Below, piece by piece: positions 1 to 9,166 of a DNA stretch of 53,470 nucleotides. Source of the DNA: a virus (Duplodnaviria > Caudoviricetes). Location: positions 1-53,470 of IMG/VR virus record IMGVR_UViG_3300037258_000095. One strand, 5' to 3'. Under the pieces are notes generated by a model that did not search any database, was not told where the DNA came from, and saw only the letters and a list, made by a program, of their open reading frames with translations. Each line of letters starts with the position of its first letter. Within the stretch, counting starts at the first letter, position 1. The position numbers were made by a program, and so were the translations under genes.

Positions 1-47
1 CAAGCTTGCAGCTTTCACGAAGCCGGGGTTATAAGGCCGCCGATAGT

Positions 48-124
48 CGGAGTGTAGCGCAGTCTGGTAGCGCACCTCGTTCGGGACGAGGGGGTCGCAG
101 GTTCAAATCCTGCCACTCCGACCA
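48..124 (+). tRNA. tRNA-Pro (anticodon CGG), integration target
   Basis: CGGAGTG...CACTCCG acceptor stem with encoded CCA, anticodon arm CCTCG-TTCGGGA-CGAGG, T-loop GGTTCAAATCC. Confidence 0.97.
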
Positions 125-127
125 GCT
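75..127 (+). repeat. Left attachment core (53 bp, 3' half of tRNA-Pro)
   Basis: CCTCGTTCGGGACGAGG...CCGACCAGCT identical to 53106-53158. Confidence 0.95.
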
Positions 128-150
128 TTTCGGCATTTTGAAACCGCTCG

Positions 151-173
151 GGCCAACGTTTCGGCCAACGATA
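151..173 (+). promoter_or_regulatory. Putative integrase arm-type sites (GGCCAACG x2)
   Basis: GGCCAACG at 151 and 163 followed by ATA; same paired motif at 53006/53017. Confidence 0.6.
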
Positions 174-280
174 CGCTTATTCCATGCTCTCTAAAATAAT
201 TTCACCACTCAAAATTGCTCTTGTAAAAGTTGTATTAAATTGTAATCGTGGCTTGCACACTGTAAACACGAGTAAGGGGG

Positions 281-475
281 ATGGATTCGCAAATGGTCAC
301 AAACAAAAACGATCGACGAGTTGACGCCGAAATCGTTGGCAATGACGAAGTTGCGCGCGCTTTAATGGTGCTTGTGTTCGACATAACGTTGCTCGATAAG
401 ACAGTCGAACGCATACGAATTCAGGTCGATGCGCTTGGCAAGCGACTCGGAGTGCCTGCGGCAGCCGAGGAGTAG
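281..475 (+). CDS. Small hypothetical protein (64 aa), convergent on the late operon end
   Basis: AAGGGGG just before the ATG, AT-rich upstream region. Confidence 0.5.
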   Translation: MDSQMVTNKNDRRVDAEIVGNDEVARALMVLVFDITLLDKTVERIRIQVDALGKRLGVPAAAEE

Positions 476-521
476 CGCGCGAAAGGAGCGGCCGCCACGG
501 GTGCAAATGCCCGTTCCCATT

Positions 522-1199
522 TCACGACGTACCGGCAGCAGCCCATGACAGGTCGCGCACGGCTGCATCGACACCGACGAGGAAGTCTGTCAACGACCCG
601 GTGTTGTGAAGCGTGAACACTGCAGGAATCGCGTACGCCTCCGACGAATGACCGGCCGCGCCAGATCCGGCGCCCGGTCGCTCGACACGAACGATTATTC
701 CGCCGGCTGCCGAAACGGCGTCGCCTTCGTTGGGAAAACGGCAATCCTCCACGACCACGGATGCTCCGACCGGAAGCCGATCGACGGCCGCTTGCCAGGC
801 TCGAATCCAGATATCGGGCGTAATGATATCCCTGCCCCATTCTGTGCCGATCGTCTGCATGGCGTAACGTGGAGTCTTGCCGCCAAGCAGATCGCACGGC
901 GTCTCTTTTAACGATCCCTCGATTTCTGCCTCGGTAAGCCCGAGCGCTCGCATCATGTCTTTAAGCGGGCCGGCGAAGCGCACGCGCGTAAAACCGAAAT
1001 GCTTTACCAGGTGAGCCGCCGCGGTCGACTTGCCCGAGCCGGCGAGGCCGGTGAAAGCAATGACGGTGCGGGTTGAAGGTACGAGCAACGGCGCGTCGGT
1101 GATTGCTTGCATGGGGCGCATGTTGGAACAATCGGGGCACCTGCAACCGTGCGTATCGAAAATTGGAGATACTGCGTCGAATGGTCCGCCGATGGTCAT
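522..1199 (-). CDS. Deoxynucleoside monophosphate kinase (T4 gp1-like)
   Basis: P-loop GLAGSGKST, FAGPLKDM, PRYAMQTIGTEWGR, DCRFPNE. Confidence 0.88.
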   Translation of the reverse strand: MTIGGPFDAVSPIFDTHGCRCPDCSNMRPMQAITDAPLLVPSTRTVIAFTGLAGSGKSTAAAHLVKHFGFTRVRFAGPLKDMMRALGLTEAEIEGSLKETPCDLLGGKTPRYAMQTIGTEWGRDIITPDIWIRAWQAAVDRLPVGASVVVEDCRFPNEGDAVSAAGGIIVRVERPGAGSGAAGHSSEAYAIPAVFTLHNTGSLTDFLVGVDAAVRDLSWAAAGTS

Positions 1200-2422
1200 T
1201 GCTGCGCTCCGTCCATGATTGCCGTGCGTACCCGGCTCACTTCGCCGAATTCACGGTGGTAGGTGATTGCTTGCAGCGAGCGGCCCGAGAGATAACCCGA
1301 ACCGAAGTGCCACGCGTCCTGTGGAATTGGTGCCTGGTGCGTCTCGCAAATGACGCCGTTGTTTTCCGTGGCTACCTTCGCGGAATGATGCAGGTGGAAA
1401 CCGTGCACGTAGCGATATTTTGTCGCGCCCCAATCGGCAGCGCGGCGCGCGGCCATGATGCCGGGCATTTTGTCGATTTTAACGGTATGCCCGTGCGTGG
1501 CACCGAGCATGACTTTGCCGAACCGATGCCAAAAGAACAGCGACGGATCGGCGTCGACAGTCACGCGCGTTTCGTTGCGATACCAGGCGAGCAGGAAATA
1601 GGCGATGGCGACGGTTGCGTGCTCGTCGTGGTTGCCCGGCAGTACGCGCACCGTAACGTGGTTATGGTGTCGCAGCGCGGCGTCGATCGTACGCACCATG
1701 AGCCGCGTCGCGGTGTCAACGATCTTTTGATAGCGTCCGTCTACGTCTTGCGGGGTGCCATTGGTCGTTTCGTTGCGTCGATTATCGGCGTGCAATAAGT
1801 CGCCGCCGCCGAGTACGATTGCCTGCGCACAGCTCGGCGAGCGCGCAATGGTATCCTCGATTGCGCGGCCAATGGTTGACTCGGCTATTTTTAGATCCCA
1901 ATTCACCCCGACTTGTTTGCCCCAAGCCGACATTCCAAGGTGCCAATCGTTCGCTGGTATGAGTGTGAGCAAGTCCGCAGCGGGTGCCGCAGGAGCTGGT
2001 GCCGGCAATGCGGCCGGTTCGTAATCGACAAACGACGCGCGAAGCGCTGCGGCCAGTTCGAGCGGGTCAAGCACACCCTCGGTTGTCTTAATCCATTTGA
2101 CAATTTCGTCGCCGTCGGGATTGACTAGGGCGGAGACGCCTTTGATTTTGTGACCTGCCGGAATGACAAATGCGTCGCCGTGTTCCGGCTTTTGCTGCAC
2201 CGATTGTCCGGCCGGCCCGTCCGTCACCTGCGATATGCGGAAACCGGGCATGGCAGGTGCGACGCCGAGCAACATGCCGCGTTGCGCGGCGATTTTTATG
2301 CGGTGTCGAAAAGTATTTATCGGTATGTCGAGTTCACGAGCCGCAGCCGTTTTATCGCCGTGCGCTCTGAGCGCATCGGCGGCTTGCTGCGCCAGTTCAT
2401 CGGAAAGCGGTGCTGTCGCCAT
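1196..2422 (-). CDS. Calcineurin-like metallophosphoesterase with N-terminal HTH
   Basis: DWHLG, GGDLLH, GNHD, HGH and HLHH motifs; KTAAARELDIPINTFRHRI HTH. Confidence 0.8.
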   Translation of the reverse strand: MATAPLSDELAQQAADALRAHGDKTAAARELDIPINTFRHRIKIAAQRGMLLGVAPAMPGFRISQVTDGPAGQSVQQKPEHGDAFVIPAGHKIKGVSALVNPDGDEIVKWIKTTEGVLDPLELAAALRASFVDYEPAALPAPAPAAPAADLLTLIPANDWHLGMSAWGKQVGVNWDLKIAESTIGRAIEDTIARSPSCAQAIVLGGGDLLHADNRRNETTNGTPQDVDGRYQKIVDTATRLMVRTIDAALRHHNHVTVRVLPGNHDEHATVAIAYFLLAWYRNETRVTVDADPSLFFWHRFGKVMLGATHGHTVKIDKMPGIMAARRAADWGATKYRYVHGFHLHHSAKVATENNGVICETHQAPIPQDAWHFGSGYLSGRSLQAITYHREFGEVSRVRTAIMDGAQQ

Positions 2423-2763
2423 TATGCGGTTGCGCTACCACGGGCAACAAGTCCGGCAATAACCGTATCGAGACGGCTTGCCATGTGCTGAAAATCGGAA
2501 CGCATACCGCTTACCGCTTCGGTGAAGCGCTGTTCGGCCGCTGACATATCGCTTTTGGTCGCAGTTGTTTCGGAAATTCTGTCGATCCGTTGGTGCGCGT
2601 CGTGTGCGCTTTTTGCGGCGTCGGAAGCCATTTGTTTTATTACTCCCGCGTCGATCCACATTCGACCGATAGCGACAATCGCCAGCAGCAAACCCGCGCA
2701 AGCACTCACGATAGCAATTTCGGTTCCGGTCACACCGTCCATTGCGTTCAATACCCTGGACAA
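2422..2763 (-). CDS. Membrane-anchored coiled-coil protein (lysis region)
   Basis: N-terminal hydrophobic helix followed by amphipathic helix; coupled to neighbours. Confidence 0.6.
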   Translation of the reverse strand: MSRVLNAMDGVTGTEIAIVSACAGLLLAIVAIGRMWIDAGVIKQMASDAAKSAHDAHQRIDRISETTATKSDMSAAEQRFTEAVSGMRSDFQHMASRLDTVIAGLVARGSATA

Positions 2764-2969
2764 CGCAGGTTCGCGCCAACGTCGTTTCGTTGGTCAATAG
2801 CGGCTGCCAACGACTTACCGGCATGCCATACGCTCGCTGTGTTGCCGGGGTTGTAAAGAATCGGAGCGCCGAGCGCTTCGCACACGGGAGCGAGGTTGAT
2901 AATCTTTTCGCCGCCAGCCGTGCAGCCGCAAAGCAGCGCGAGTAACACCACCGAAACTAGAATCTTCAT
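2748..2969 (-). CDS. Putative o-spanin (lipoprotein)
   Basis: MKILVSVVLLALLCGC lipobox-like signal; ATGA overlap with upstream gene. Confidence 0.65.
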   Translation of the reverse strand: MKILVSVVLLALLCGCTAGGEKIINLAPVCEALGAPILYNPGNTASVWHAGKSLAAAIDQRNDVGANLRCPGY

Positions 2970-3325
2970 TGATCGGTCGTCCATTTGCTGTGTCCGATCG
3001 ATTTCGGCCGTTTTGATTTCGCTACAGCCGTATGCACTTCGTTGACTACAACGACGGCCTTGGCTGCATATCGGTTAGCGTCGTCGTGCGCTTGCACCCA
3101 CATGGCACCCATAATCACAGCGCAACAAATCGCAACCCAAATCAGGTCAATGCGGAATCGCATGACCAATTTTCCAAATATCGGAATCTGCGTTTCGAGC
3201 CATCCGGCGCACAATTCTAAAACAACGCAGACGATAGCGATTGCCGTTAGTGTTCCCCATTGCAACACCATCGGCCACGCGCCGGCAAAAAACAGTTTGA
3301 CGGCGAACCATGCGCTGCTTATCAC
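2966..3325 (-). CDS. Putative i-spanin / membrane protein
   Basis: GTG start overlapping the endolysin stop, TM segments, located between endolysin and lipoprotein. Confidence 0.55.
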   Translation of the reverse strand: MISSAWFAVKLFFAGAWPMVLQWGTLTAIAIVCVVLELCAGWLETQIPIFGKLVMRFRIDLIWVAICCAVIMGAMWVQAHDDANRYAAKAVVVVNEVHTAVAKSKRPKSIGHSKWTTDQ

Positions 3326-3825
3326 GGCGAATTCTCCGCGTTCGGCATTTTGCACCAGGTACGATCGGACCATTTCGGATCGAGCCGTCGCCGGTTCGCT
3401 AGGCCCTTGCGCCATTGTCCGCCGGCATATTCGTGCCAATTAGCGAACGCGTCACAGGCTGCGTCGGGCTGGCCGGCATTGAAAAGATTGACCATCGGCG
3501 ATTTACAGACAGCGGCCGGACCAGCGTTGTAACTGGCGTCAAATAAACTCGACCATTGATGGTCTGTTAGATCGACGTGCACGCATTTTTCGATCGGCGC
3601 GAGATACCGCGGAATATCTTTTTTGAATCGTTCCAGGCATTCGGGAACGGTGAATTTTTGTCCGGGCTTGACTGTCTTGTCGTCGTAGGTCGTTTGGCCT
3701 ATGCACCACGTCAGCAGACCGTTCGCGAGTCGGTCGGGCTTGGCGGTTAAATCCATGCCCTCCCAATGGGGAGTCAACACGAGAATGAGCGCGGCAACGG
3801 CTGCGCCACGACGAACGGAAGCCAT
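3322..3825 (-). CDS. Endolysin, GH24 lysozyme, probable SAR type
   Basis: WEG...D...TWCIGQT catalytic region, YNAG, GLANRR; weakly hydrophobic Ala/Gly-rich N-terminus. Confidence 0.88.
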   Translation of the reverse strand: MASVRRGAAVAALILVLTPHWEGMDLTAKPDRLANGLLTWCIGQTTYDDKTVKPGQKFTVPECLERFKKDIPRYLAPIEKCVHVDLTDHQWSSLFDASYNAGPAAVCKSPMVNLFNAGQPDAACDAFANWHEYAGGQWRKGLANRRRLDPKWSDRTWCKMPNAENSP

Positions 3826-4055
3826 TACTCGACCCCGGGTTGATGCGTGATCCGTGCGACGACGAGCAACAACGACATTCCAATACAGAGCAGCGCGAAA
3901 TCGAAACGGTCGATTGATTCGTAGAAAGCCGGCAGCGCGTAATATGCGCCCGATACAGCTCCCCAAAACAACGCAATCCAAACGGTTGCGAATTTGTGCG
4001 CTTGGCGCCAGTTCGATACGAGCAGTTGCGGAGAAGAATCGGCCATAGGATTCAA
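3825..4055 (-). CDS. Holin (two TM helices)
   Basis: 76 aa with two hydrophobic segments, TAATG overlap with endolysin. Confidence 0.7.
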   Translation of the reverse strand: MNPMADSSPQLLVSNWRQAHKFATVWIALFWGAVSGAYYALPAFYESIDRFDFALLCIGMSLLLVVARITHQPGVE

Positions 4056-4078
4056 TTCAACCTATTCGTTCAAATTGC

Positions 4079-4108
4079 ATACTATCACCATAGGCGTTTA
4101 CTGTCAAC
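4079..4108 (-). promoter_or_regulatory. Internal promoter of lysis cassette with 13-bp palindromic motif
   Basis: TTGACA-17-TAGTAT on minus strand; GTTTACTGTCAAC at 4096-4108. Confidence 0.7.
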
Positions 4109-4113
4109 GGTGC

Positions 4114-5367
4114 TTAAGCAAACTCCTCGACCGAGAAGCGGCGCCGAGTGAGCGTAAGATTAACGGAGCCATCGTTAGTGTCGACAAGCACTGCGGTATA
4201 GGTATGAACTAATGCGTCGTTTGAGGCTATTTCTAAATTCACCGACGCTCCCATGACACCGTTCTGTCCGTTGCGTATCCAATCCAATGCAGTAGTTTCG
4301 GAATCGCGAAACAAAGCAATGACGTGTCGATTGCCGGAGTTATCGTCATAACGATAAAAAAATCGTAGACGTGCGCCGGTCTTGCGTGCAGTATAAGTCA
4401 ATGTCGCATTATCCGTAAGATGATTTGGGGTAAGCGTCGGAGCTACCGTGGCCGAGTAAGCATACGTGCCACTGCCGGAATATGTCGTGTTGCCCGTTGC
4501 CGTAAATACCGATAACGGGTTTCCGATGATGGCGCCGGCCGACGAAATCCACGACGTACCGTTAAACGTGTATTGCGTGCTATTTGACTTGTCGTATATC
4601 GACCAGCCGGCGGCAGGAACGTAATAAGTCCACGCGCCGTTTTCATAGCGCGCGATTTGTGTATCCTTGCCGGACCATGCGCCCGTAGCGGACGGCCCGA
4701 CGACATATTCGACGTTTGCTGTCGGAGATCCGGGCGGTGCGGTCGTTGTCTGATTTTCGACGTACCAGCGAACCTTGCCGCCGCCACCCGACATATTCGA
4801 CGGCAGAATGGCACCGGCACTTAGCGCCTGCGCGCCGAAACCAGCGGTCCATGTGCCGCCCGTTGTAAGGTGCCAAAACGTGTCGGTAGCCTGGTCGTAA
4901 AGCATTTGACCAACGGCTGCGATTTTGAATATCCAACCCGACGCCGTATATATCGCGATTTTGTTGTCCTGGCCCGACCAGTTCGTGCCGGTCGCCGCCA
5001 CCGGCACGCGGTACATATCGCCAACGCTCGGCGAAACCGGCTGCGCACCGGTAGTGCTGTTGATAACCGAGTAGGGGAACGCAACCGTCGACACCTTGTA
5101 ACGCTTGCCGTCGCTGGTCACGAGACACGTCACGCCGTCGTGCGCCGTTGTGCTGTCGGTCGAGTCGTAACGAAATAACGTTCCGCTTTGAATCAGGTAC
5201 AGCGGAATCGTGCCGGTGTCGGGGTCGACCGCGACAAACGCCGTGGCCGATTCCGCTGCAGGCAGATCGAGGCAATAAGCGAAACGCCGAATCGCCATGG
5301 CACGAATAAGGGCATGGTCGGCGTTTGCGTTGGCGGGAAGGGCGGCGACTGCTTCATGCGCGGACAT
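4114..5367 (-). CDS. Tail fibre/adaptor with two DUF2793-like repeats
   Basis: Two PPxxP...YxV...ATGxWxGxDxxIAxY...GW units; N-terminal YDSTDSTTAHDGVTCLV tailspike-docking-like motif. Confidence 0.75.
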   Translation of the reverse strand: MSAHEAVAALPANANADHALIRAMAIRRFAYCLDLPAAESATAFVAVDPDTGTIPLYLIQSGTLFRYDSTDSTTAHDGVTCLVTSDGKRYKVSTVAFPYSVINSTTGAQPVSPSVGDMYRVPVAATGTNWSGQDNKIAIYTASGWIFKIAAVGQMLYDQATDTFWHLTTGGTWTAGFGAQALSAGAILPSNMSGGGGKVRWYVENQTTTAPPGSPTANVEYVVGPSATGAWSGKDTQIARYENGAWTYYVPAAGWSIYDKSNSTQYTFNGTSWISSAGAIIGNPLSVFTATGNTTYSGSGTYAYSATVAPTLTPNHLTDNATLTYTARKTGARLRFFYRYDDNSGNRHVIALFRDSETTALDWIRNGQNGVMGASVNLEIASNDALVHTYTAVLVDTNDGSVNLTLTRRRFSVEEFA

Positions 5368-5379
5368 TGTGTTTTCCTT

Positions 5380-7872
5380 TTAGAGCAAGTCAATCGGAAA
5401 AAGCGTGAAGGGTTGTTCGTCAACGGCGGCGTTCCAATCCGTTTCGATCGACCCGTCGTATTGCGTCAACGCGAGACTAATCGACGAAAAATCGTCTGAA
5501 AATCCCCATCCCGTTACCTGGTATTGGCCGTTTAATTGCGGCCACAACACACTCGCAAAGTTTCCAACGCTTCCGAGCAATTCGTCGTCGATATTGGCGA
5601 GCAGTGAAATGTCGACCGGAACGGTGATTGTCTTGCCGAGGCGAGAAGATTCGAGGAACGCCTTTTGCAATCGTTGCGCACGTCGATTGTCGAGTGTGTA
5701 GTCGAGTTCGAGCGTCGCTGGCAAAATCTCTTGATCGGAGGCTTGCAGGTCGGTACGCGAAAGAATCGGCCCGTCGATAACCTGATAATCTTGCTCCGTC
5801 GCAACGAACCGCACCTGCAGTTTATTGACGAGATCACGCTTCGCTTTTGCCGATTGAAACTGAAACGACCCGGCGATGATTTTATCGCTAATCGTAAACG
5901 TCGGCGTCTTTGGCTTCGACGACGATATCCAAACTTTACCGGCGCTCTCGCAAAGCAGCCCGCGATTCGCCGTTAGAAGTTTCGGCACCACGTCATAAGG
6001 CTTTTCGTTCAACGTCAGCACGCCGTCGATCGTGTAGCGTTTAATGTACGTGCCGTCTTTGCATGCGACCGGCTGATCGTCGTAGTTCGCCGAATCTGTA
6101 ATCTTGTCCCACAAGATGTTCGCCGTAGGGATGCGGCCACCCCACGGCTGCGTGAGATAGTACGCTTGGCAAAGCGTGGCGTTGTTTGTAAATTTCCAGG
6201 TGGTCGGGTCGGAAAGCGATTGCGTCGCGTCGCGTGGGTCATATGCCGCTGCGCCGCGCACGTTGAAGTACGCCACCGGACGCGAAACCTGACCCCAAAG
6301 TTGCGTAAATTCGGTCGTATTCGCTCCGAAGTGATAGCGAAAAACCGCCGTGGCAATACCTGACTGCAAGAATTTTCTGTTACCTGATGAAAACAGCAAT
6401 GCTTGTGCAAGTCCTACGACGTGAATCATTCCGCCGCCGGCCGATTGTTCCTCAAATTGAATTCGGAGATATCTGTACGCCGTGCTATTGGTAAAGGTTC
6501 GTAAAAGCGACGCAGCAATGTCGTAGAGGGTTGACGGTTCGACATAAAGATCGCTGTACGTAGATCCGTCATTCGAACCTGAAATACGGATGATTAGATT
6601 AACCGTATTGTTCGTGAATGACGTGTCAGACGGCGCATAAATTTGAAAGGCGTTTATTGTCTGAGCATTTCCAGCTCCAAAATCGACAACAATGTTGCTT
6701 GTAAGTGCGCCCGTTCCTTGTAAATACGCTGTTGAAACTTCCGCTTTGTTTATATTACCGTCAAACACCGTCGATAACGCGGCCCCACTCATCATGTTTC
6801 CCGATAACGCGGCCCCCGACGCGTTGACCGGAGTTAACGACAAATGCGGAAAATCTTGATTCAAAAGCGGATCGATCGCCTGATTTGTCGCACCGTAACG
6901 GACGGAAACAAGCAAACGGGTCGGATAGCTCGGCTGTCCGGTGACGGTGGCGGGCGTTAGAATCGTATTAGGGACAAGTCCACCGGAGAATGCGATTTTG
7001 TTGACGCCGATCGTGATGGCGTCAATTCCTGAAATGTTCCCGTTTGCTATAAGGATACCTTGATAAAGATAGGGTGTTATCGTTTGTTCGAAAAACAGTG
7101 CACCGCCGACGTAAGCGTTGCCTAGAATTACACGCTTGTAAGGTAGCGCTTGGCGTTCCGTGACTTGTGCCGCTTGCGTTGTTGAAGTATCGACTGACGC
7201 GTTGAGTTTCTTTTGCAACAATGACGACGCGAGCGAAAAACCGACCGCGAGTCCGACTGAAACGATAACGCCACCAAAACCAGCTAAAAACGTGCCCGAC
7301 AAAAGCGCAGTAAGTCCGATGGCGGCGGAAATAGGATCGTGTGCCACTGCGGACGCCGGCACCATGACAGGTCGCGTATTGATTTTCGGGAAACTTACTC
7401 GCGTTCCGTACTGGCAATCGTCAAGCACCGACCAGGCTGCGGCAACGTCGCGCGCCGGAACGCCCGTGAATCCCTTTTCGTTGCGACCGACAAACCAGCC
7501 CGGCGCGCGGCAAATGACCGTGGCGAGTATCGGTTGTTTACCTTTGGCCGTTTCAACAACGGTCCATGCTAAACCGAAATCGCCAGAACGCGCCATTTCA
7601 GGATTTATGCGTTTCCACTTGTGACGACGGGCGACTTTTCGTAACGCACCTAATAGACCGTCACGTCCGAGCACACGCATTGCGCCACGCCGCGAACGAT
7701 AACGCCCGCGCAAATCTTTGGCGGGGTCATAGCCGAGCGCTTCATGCACTGCGTCAGCAGCCCACAGGCCGCAATCGTCGACGCCCCACTGCATGACGTT
7801 TTTACCGGCACTGTCCATGGCAGACAGCACAGCAAGTTCGAGACGTGTGCGCGGCGTCAGCTCGGCGACCAT
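5380..7872 (-). CDS. Tail tip/host-specificity protein with N-terminal NlpC/P60-like (DUF6950-like) domain and inserted discoidin-like domain
   Basis: WGVDDCGLWAADAV N-terminus; VRGAAAYDPRD...WKFTNNATLC and RYTIDG tip motifs; ISGSNDG...AYRYLRI insert. Confidence 0.78.
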   Translation of the reverse strand: MVAELTPRTRLELAVLSAMDSAGKNVMQWGVDDCGLWAADAVHEALGYDPAKDLRGRYRSRRGAMRVLGRDGLLGALRKVARRHKWKRINPEMARSGDFGLAWTVVETAKGKQPILATVICRAPGWFVGRNEKGFTGVPARDVAAAWSVLDDCQYGTRVSFPKINTRPVMVPASAVAHDPISAAIGLTALLSGTFLAGFGGVIVSVGLAVGFSLASSLLQKKLNASVDTSTTQAAQVTERQALPYKRVILGNAYVGGALFFEQTITPYLYQGILIANGNISGIDAITIGVNKIAFSGGLVPNTILTPATVTGQPSYPTRLLVSVRYGATNQAIDPLLNQDFPHLSLTPVNASGAALSGNMMSGAALSTVFDGNINKAEVSTAYLQGTGALTSNIVVDFGAGNAQTINAFQIYAPSDTSFTNNTVNLIIRISGSNDGSTYSDLYVEPSTLYDIAASLLRTFTNSTAYRYLRIQFEEQSAGGGMIHVVGLAQALLFSSGNRKFLQSGIATAVFRYHFGANTTEFTQLWGQVSRPVAYFNVRGAAAYDPRDATQSLSDPTTWKFTNNATLCQAYYLTQPWGGRIPTANILWDKITDSANYDDQPVACKDGTYIKRYTIDGVLTLNEKPYDVVPKLLTANRGLLCESAGKVWISSSKPKTPTFTISDKIIAGSFQFQSAKAKRDLVNKLQVRFVATEQDYQVIDGPILSRTDLQASDQEILPATLELDYTLDNRRAQRLQKAFLESSRLGKTITVPVDISLLANIDDELLGSVGNFASVLWPQLNGQYQVTGWGFSDDFSSISLALTQYDGSIETDWNAAVDEQPFTLFPIDLL

Positions 7873-8414
7873 GTTAGATCCTGATTGACGAGCGACGGAA
7901 TCATATCGAGGCCGCTATCGAGCGGATACGTCAAGCGCTGGTTTTGTGGTGTCCACGCTTCGTCGACCGAACGGTCGAGCGTATAAAATCCGGTATGCGC
8001 TGTTATCTCGATCGACGCCGTACCGTCGGGGGCAATTTTGAACGTCTGAAAATCGAGCGTTGCGTTGACGATCTGATAGGGGTCGGGAATAACGCGGTCG
8101 TTTTCGTCAAAGCATGCCAGCCACGCCGAGCCGTTGCGATTATAAAGTACGTCGTTAAGCTGCGCGATCAACGATGAATCGACACCGTTTATCGCGAATA
8201 CAATGTCCTGCACCGCAATTGTCGTGCTGTGCGTAACAGGCGCAATGCTTCCTAGCGTGCCAGCTCCGGTCCACGAGTGGCCGTTCCATGTCCGTGTACC
8301 GACGCCGGTATGAAAATAACCCGTGCCGGAAGGATGCTCGATCGCCACGAAAACGCCGTAAGGTCGTCCGTCAAGCAGCGCTCGCGCCATACGTTGTGTG
8401 AGCGGGCGCGTCAT
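7857..8414 (-). CDS. Tail hub/minor tail protein
   Basis: WNGHSWTGAGTLGSI, QRLTYPLDSGLD; position after distal tail gene. Confidence 0.7.
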   Translation of the reverse strand: MTRPLTQRMARALLDGRPYGVFVAIEHPSGTGYFHTGVGTRTWNGHSWTGAGTLGSIAPVTHSTTIAVQDIVFAINGVDSSLIAQLNDVLYNRNGSAWLACFDENDRVIPDPYQIVNATLDFQTFKIAPDGTASIEITAHTGFYTLDRSVDEAWTPQNQRLTYPLDSGLDMIPSLVNQDLTWSPS

Positions 8415-9166
8415 TACGGCACCAAATCGATCGCTTCAATAAGCGAAAATCCGGCGTTCCCTGTGCCGCCATCCGTCATTTCGATTTCGCCTTGCGTATC
8501 GTCGGCCAGGCGAAATACCGTGGATGCGAAACGCAACCCAACTTGATCGCCGACATTAAGGCCGGTTCGCAATCCCGGCTCGATCGCCACGCCAATTTGA
8601 CCGCTTGAATCGGAACTGCCGCCGTACATCGCCTGGTAAAGATGCGGAACGGAGCCGGGGATTCCGCCGGACTTGACCTGTAAAAGATCGCCACGACGTA
8701 ACGCGTTAGCCGTGGATACAGGAAAACCCTTCAACTTTATGTAACGGTCGCCAGCGCTGGCGACCGCCGCGACATATACATCGGGCGGCAGATAACCGTT
8801 CGCAAAGCCTGTTCCGTCGGTGAATCGAGTACCGTCCGAAAACGTGCTTGTCGTGGCGGTTAAATGACGATCATACCATGGAGCTAGGCGGCTCGTGTCG
8901 GCAAGACGCAGCAAGCCGGCTTGCCCGCGAAGTCGTGCGAAAAACGCGTCGAAGTCCATACGCATCGGGTCGCGCATTGGCGCCATCGTCACGTCGGCGA
9001 GCCATAATTGAGCGAAAGGGCCTTTAACCGAACGTGCCGCAACCGCAAAACGGTTTGCCACTTGCGACATGGACCGCAGCCGATATTTTTGGGAAACGAT
9101 AAAGCCCGGCTTTGCGCCGAACGCATCGCCGTACCATTCGGAAGGGAAGTCATACACCGCGACCAT
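8414..9166 (-). CDS. Distal tail protein (Dit-like)
   Basis: Follows tape measure; AFFARLRG, FSDGTRFTDGTGF, IEPGLR motifs. Confidence 0.7.
   Translation of the reverse strand: MVAVYDFPSEWYGDAFGAKPGFIVSQKYRLRSMSQVANRFAVAARSVKGPFAQLWLADVTMAPMRDPMRMDFDAFFARLRGQAGLLRLADTSRLAPWYDRHLTATTSTFSDGTRFTDGTGFANGYLPPDVYVAAVASAGDRYIKLKGFPVSTANALRRGDLLQVKSGGIPGSVPHLYQAMYGGSSDSSGQIGVAIEPGLRTGLNVGDQVGLRFASTVFRLADDTQGEIEMTDGGTGNAGFSLIEAIDLVP

Noticed and set aside
6-194. ORFs at 6-194 and 53082-53420 sharing RSGRGGRRFKSCHSDQL
   Set aside because: These are translations of the tRNA/att repeat, not a duplicated protein.
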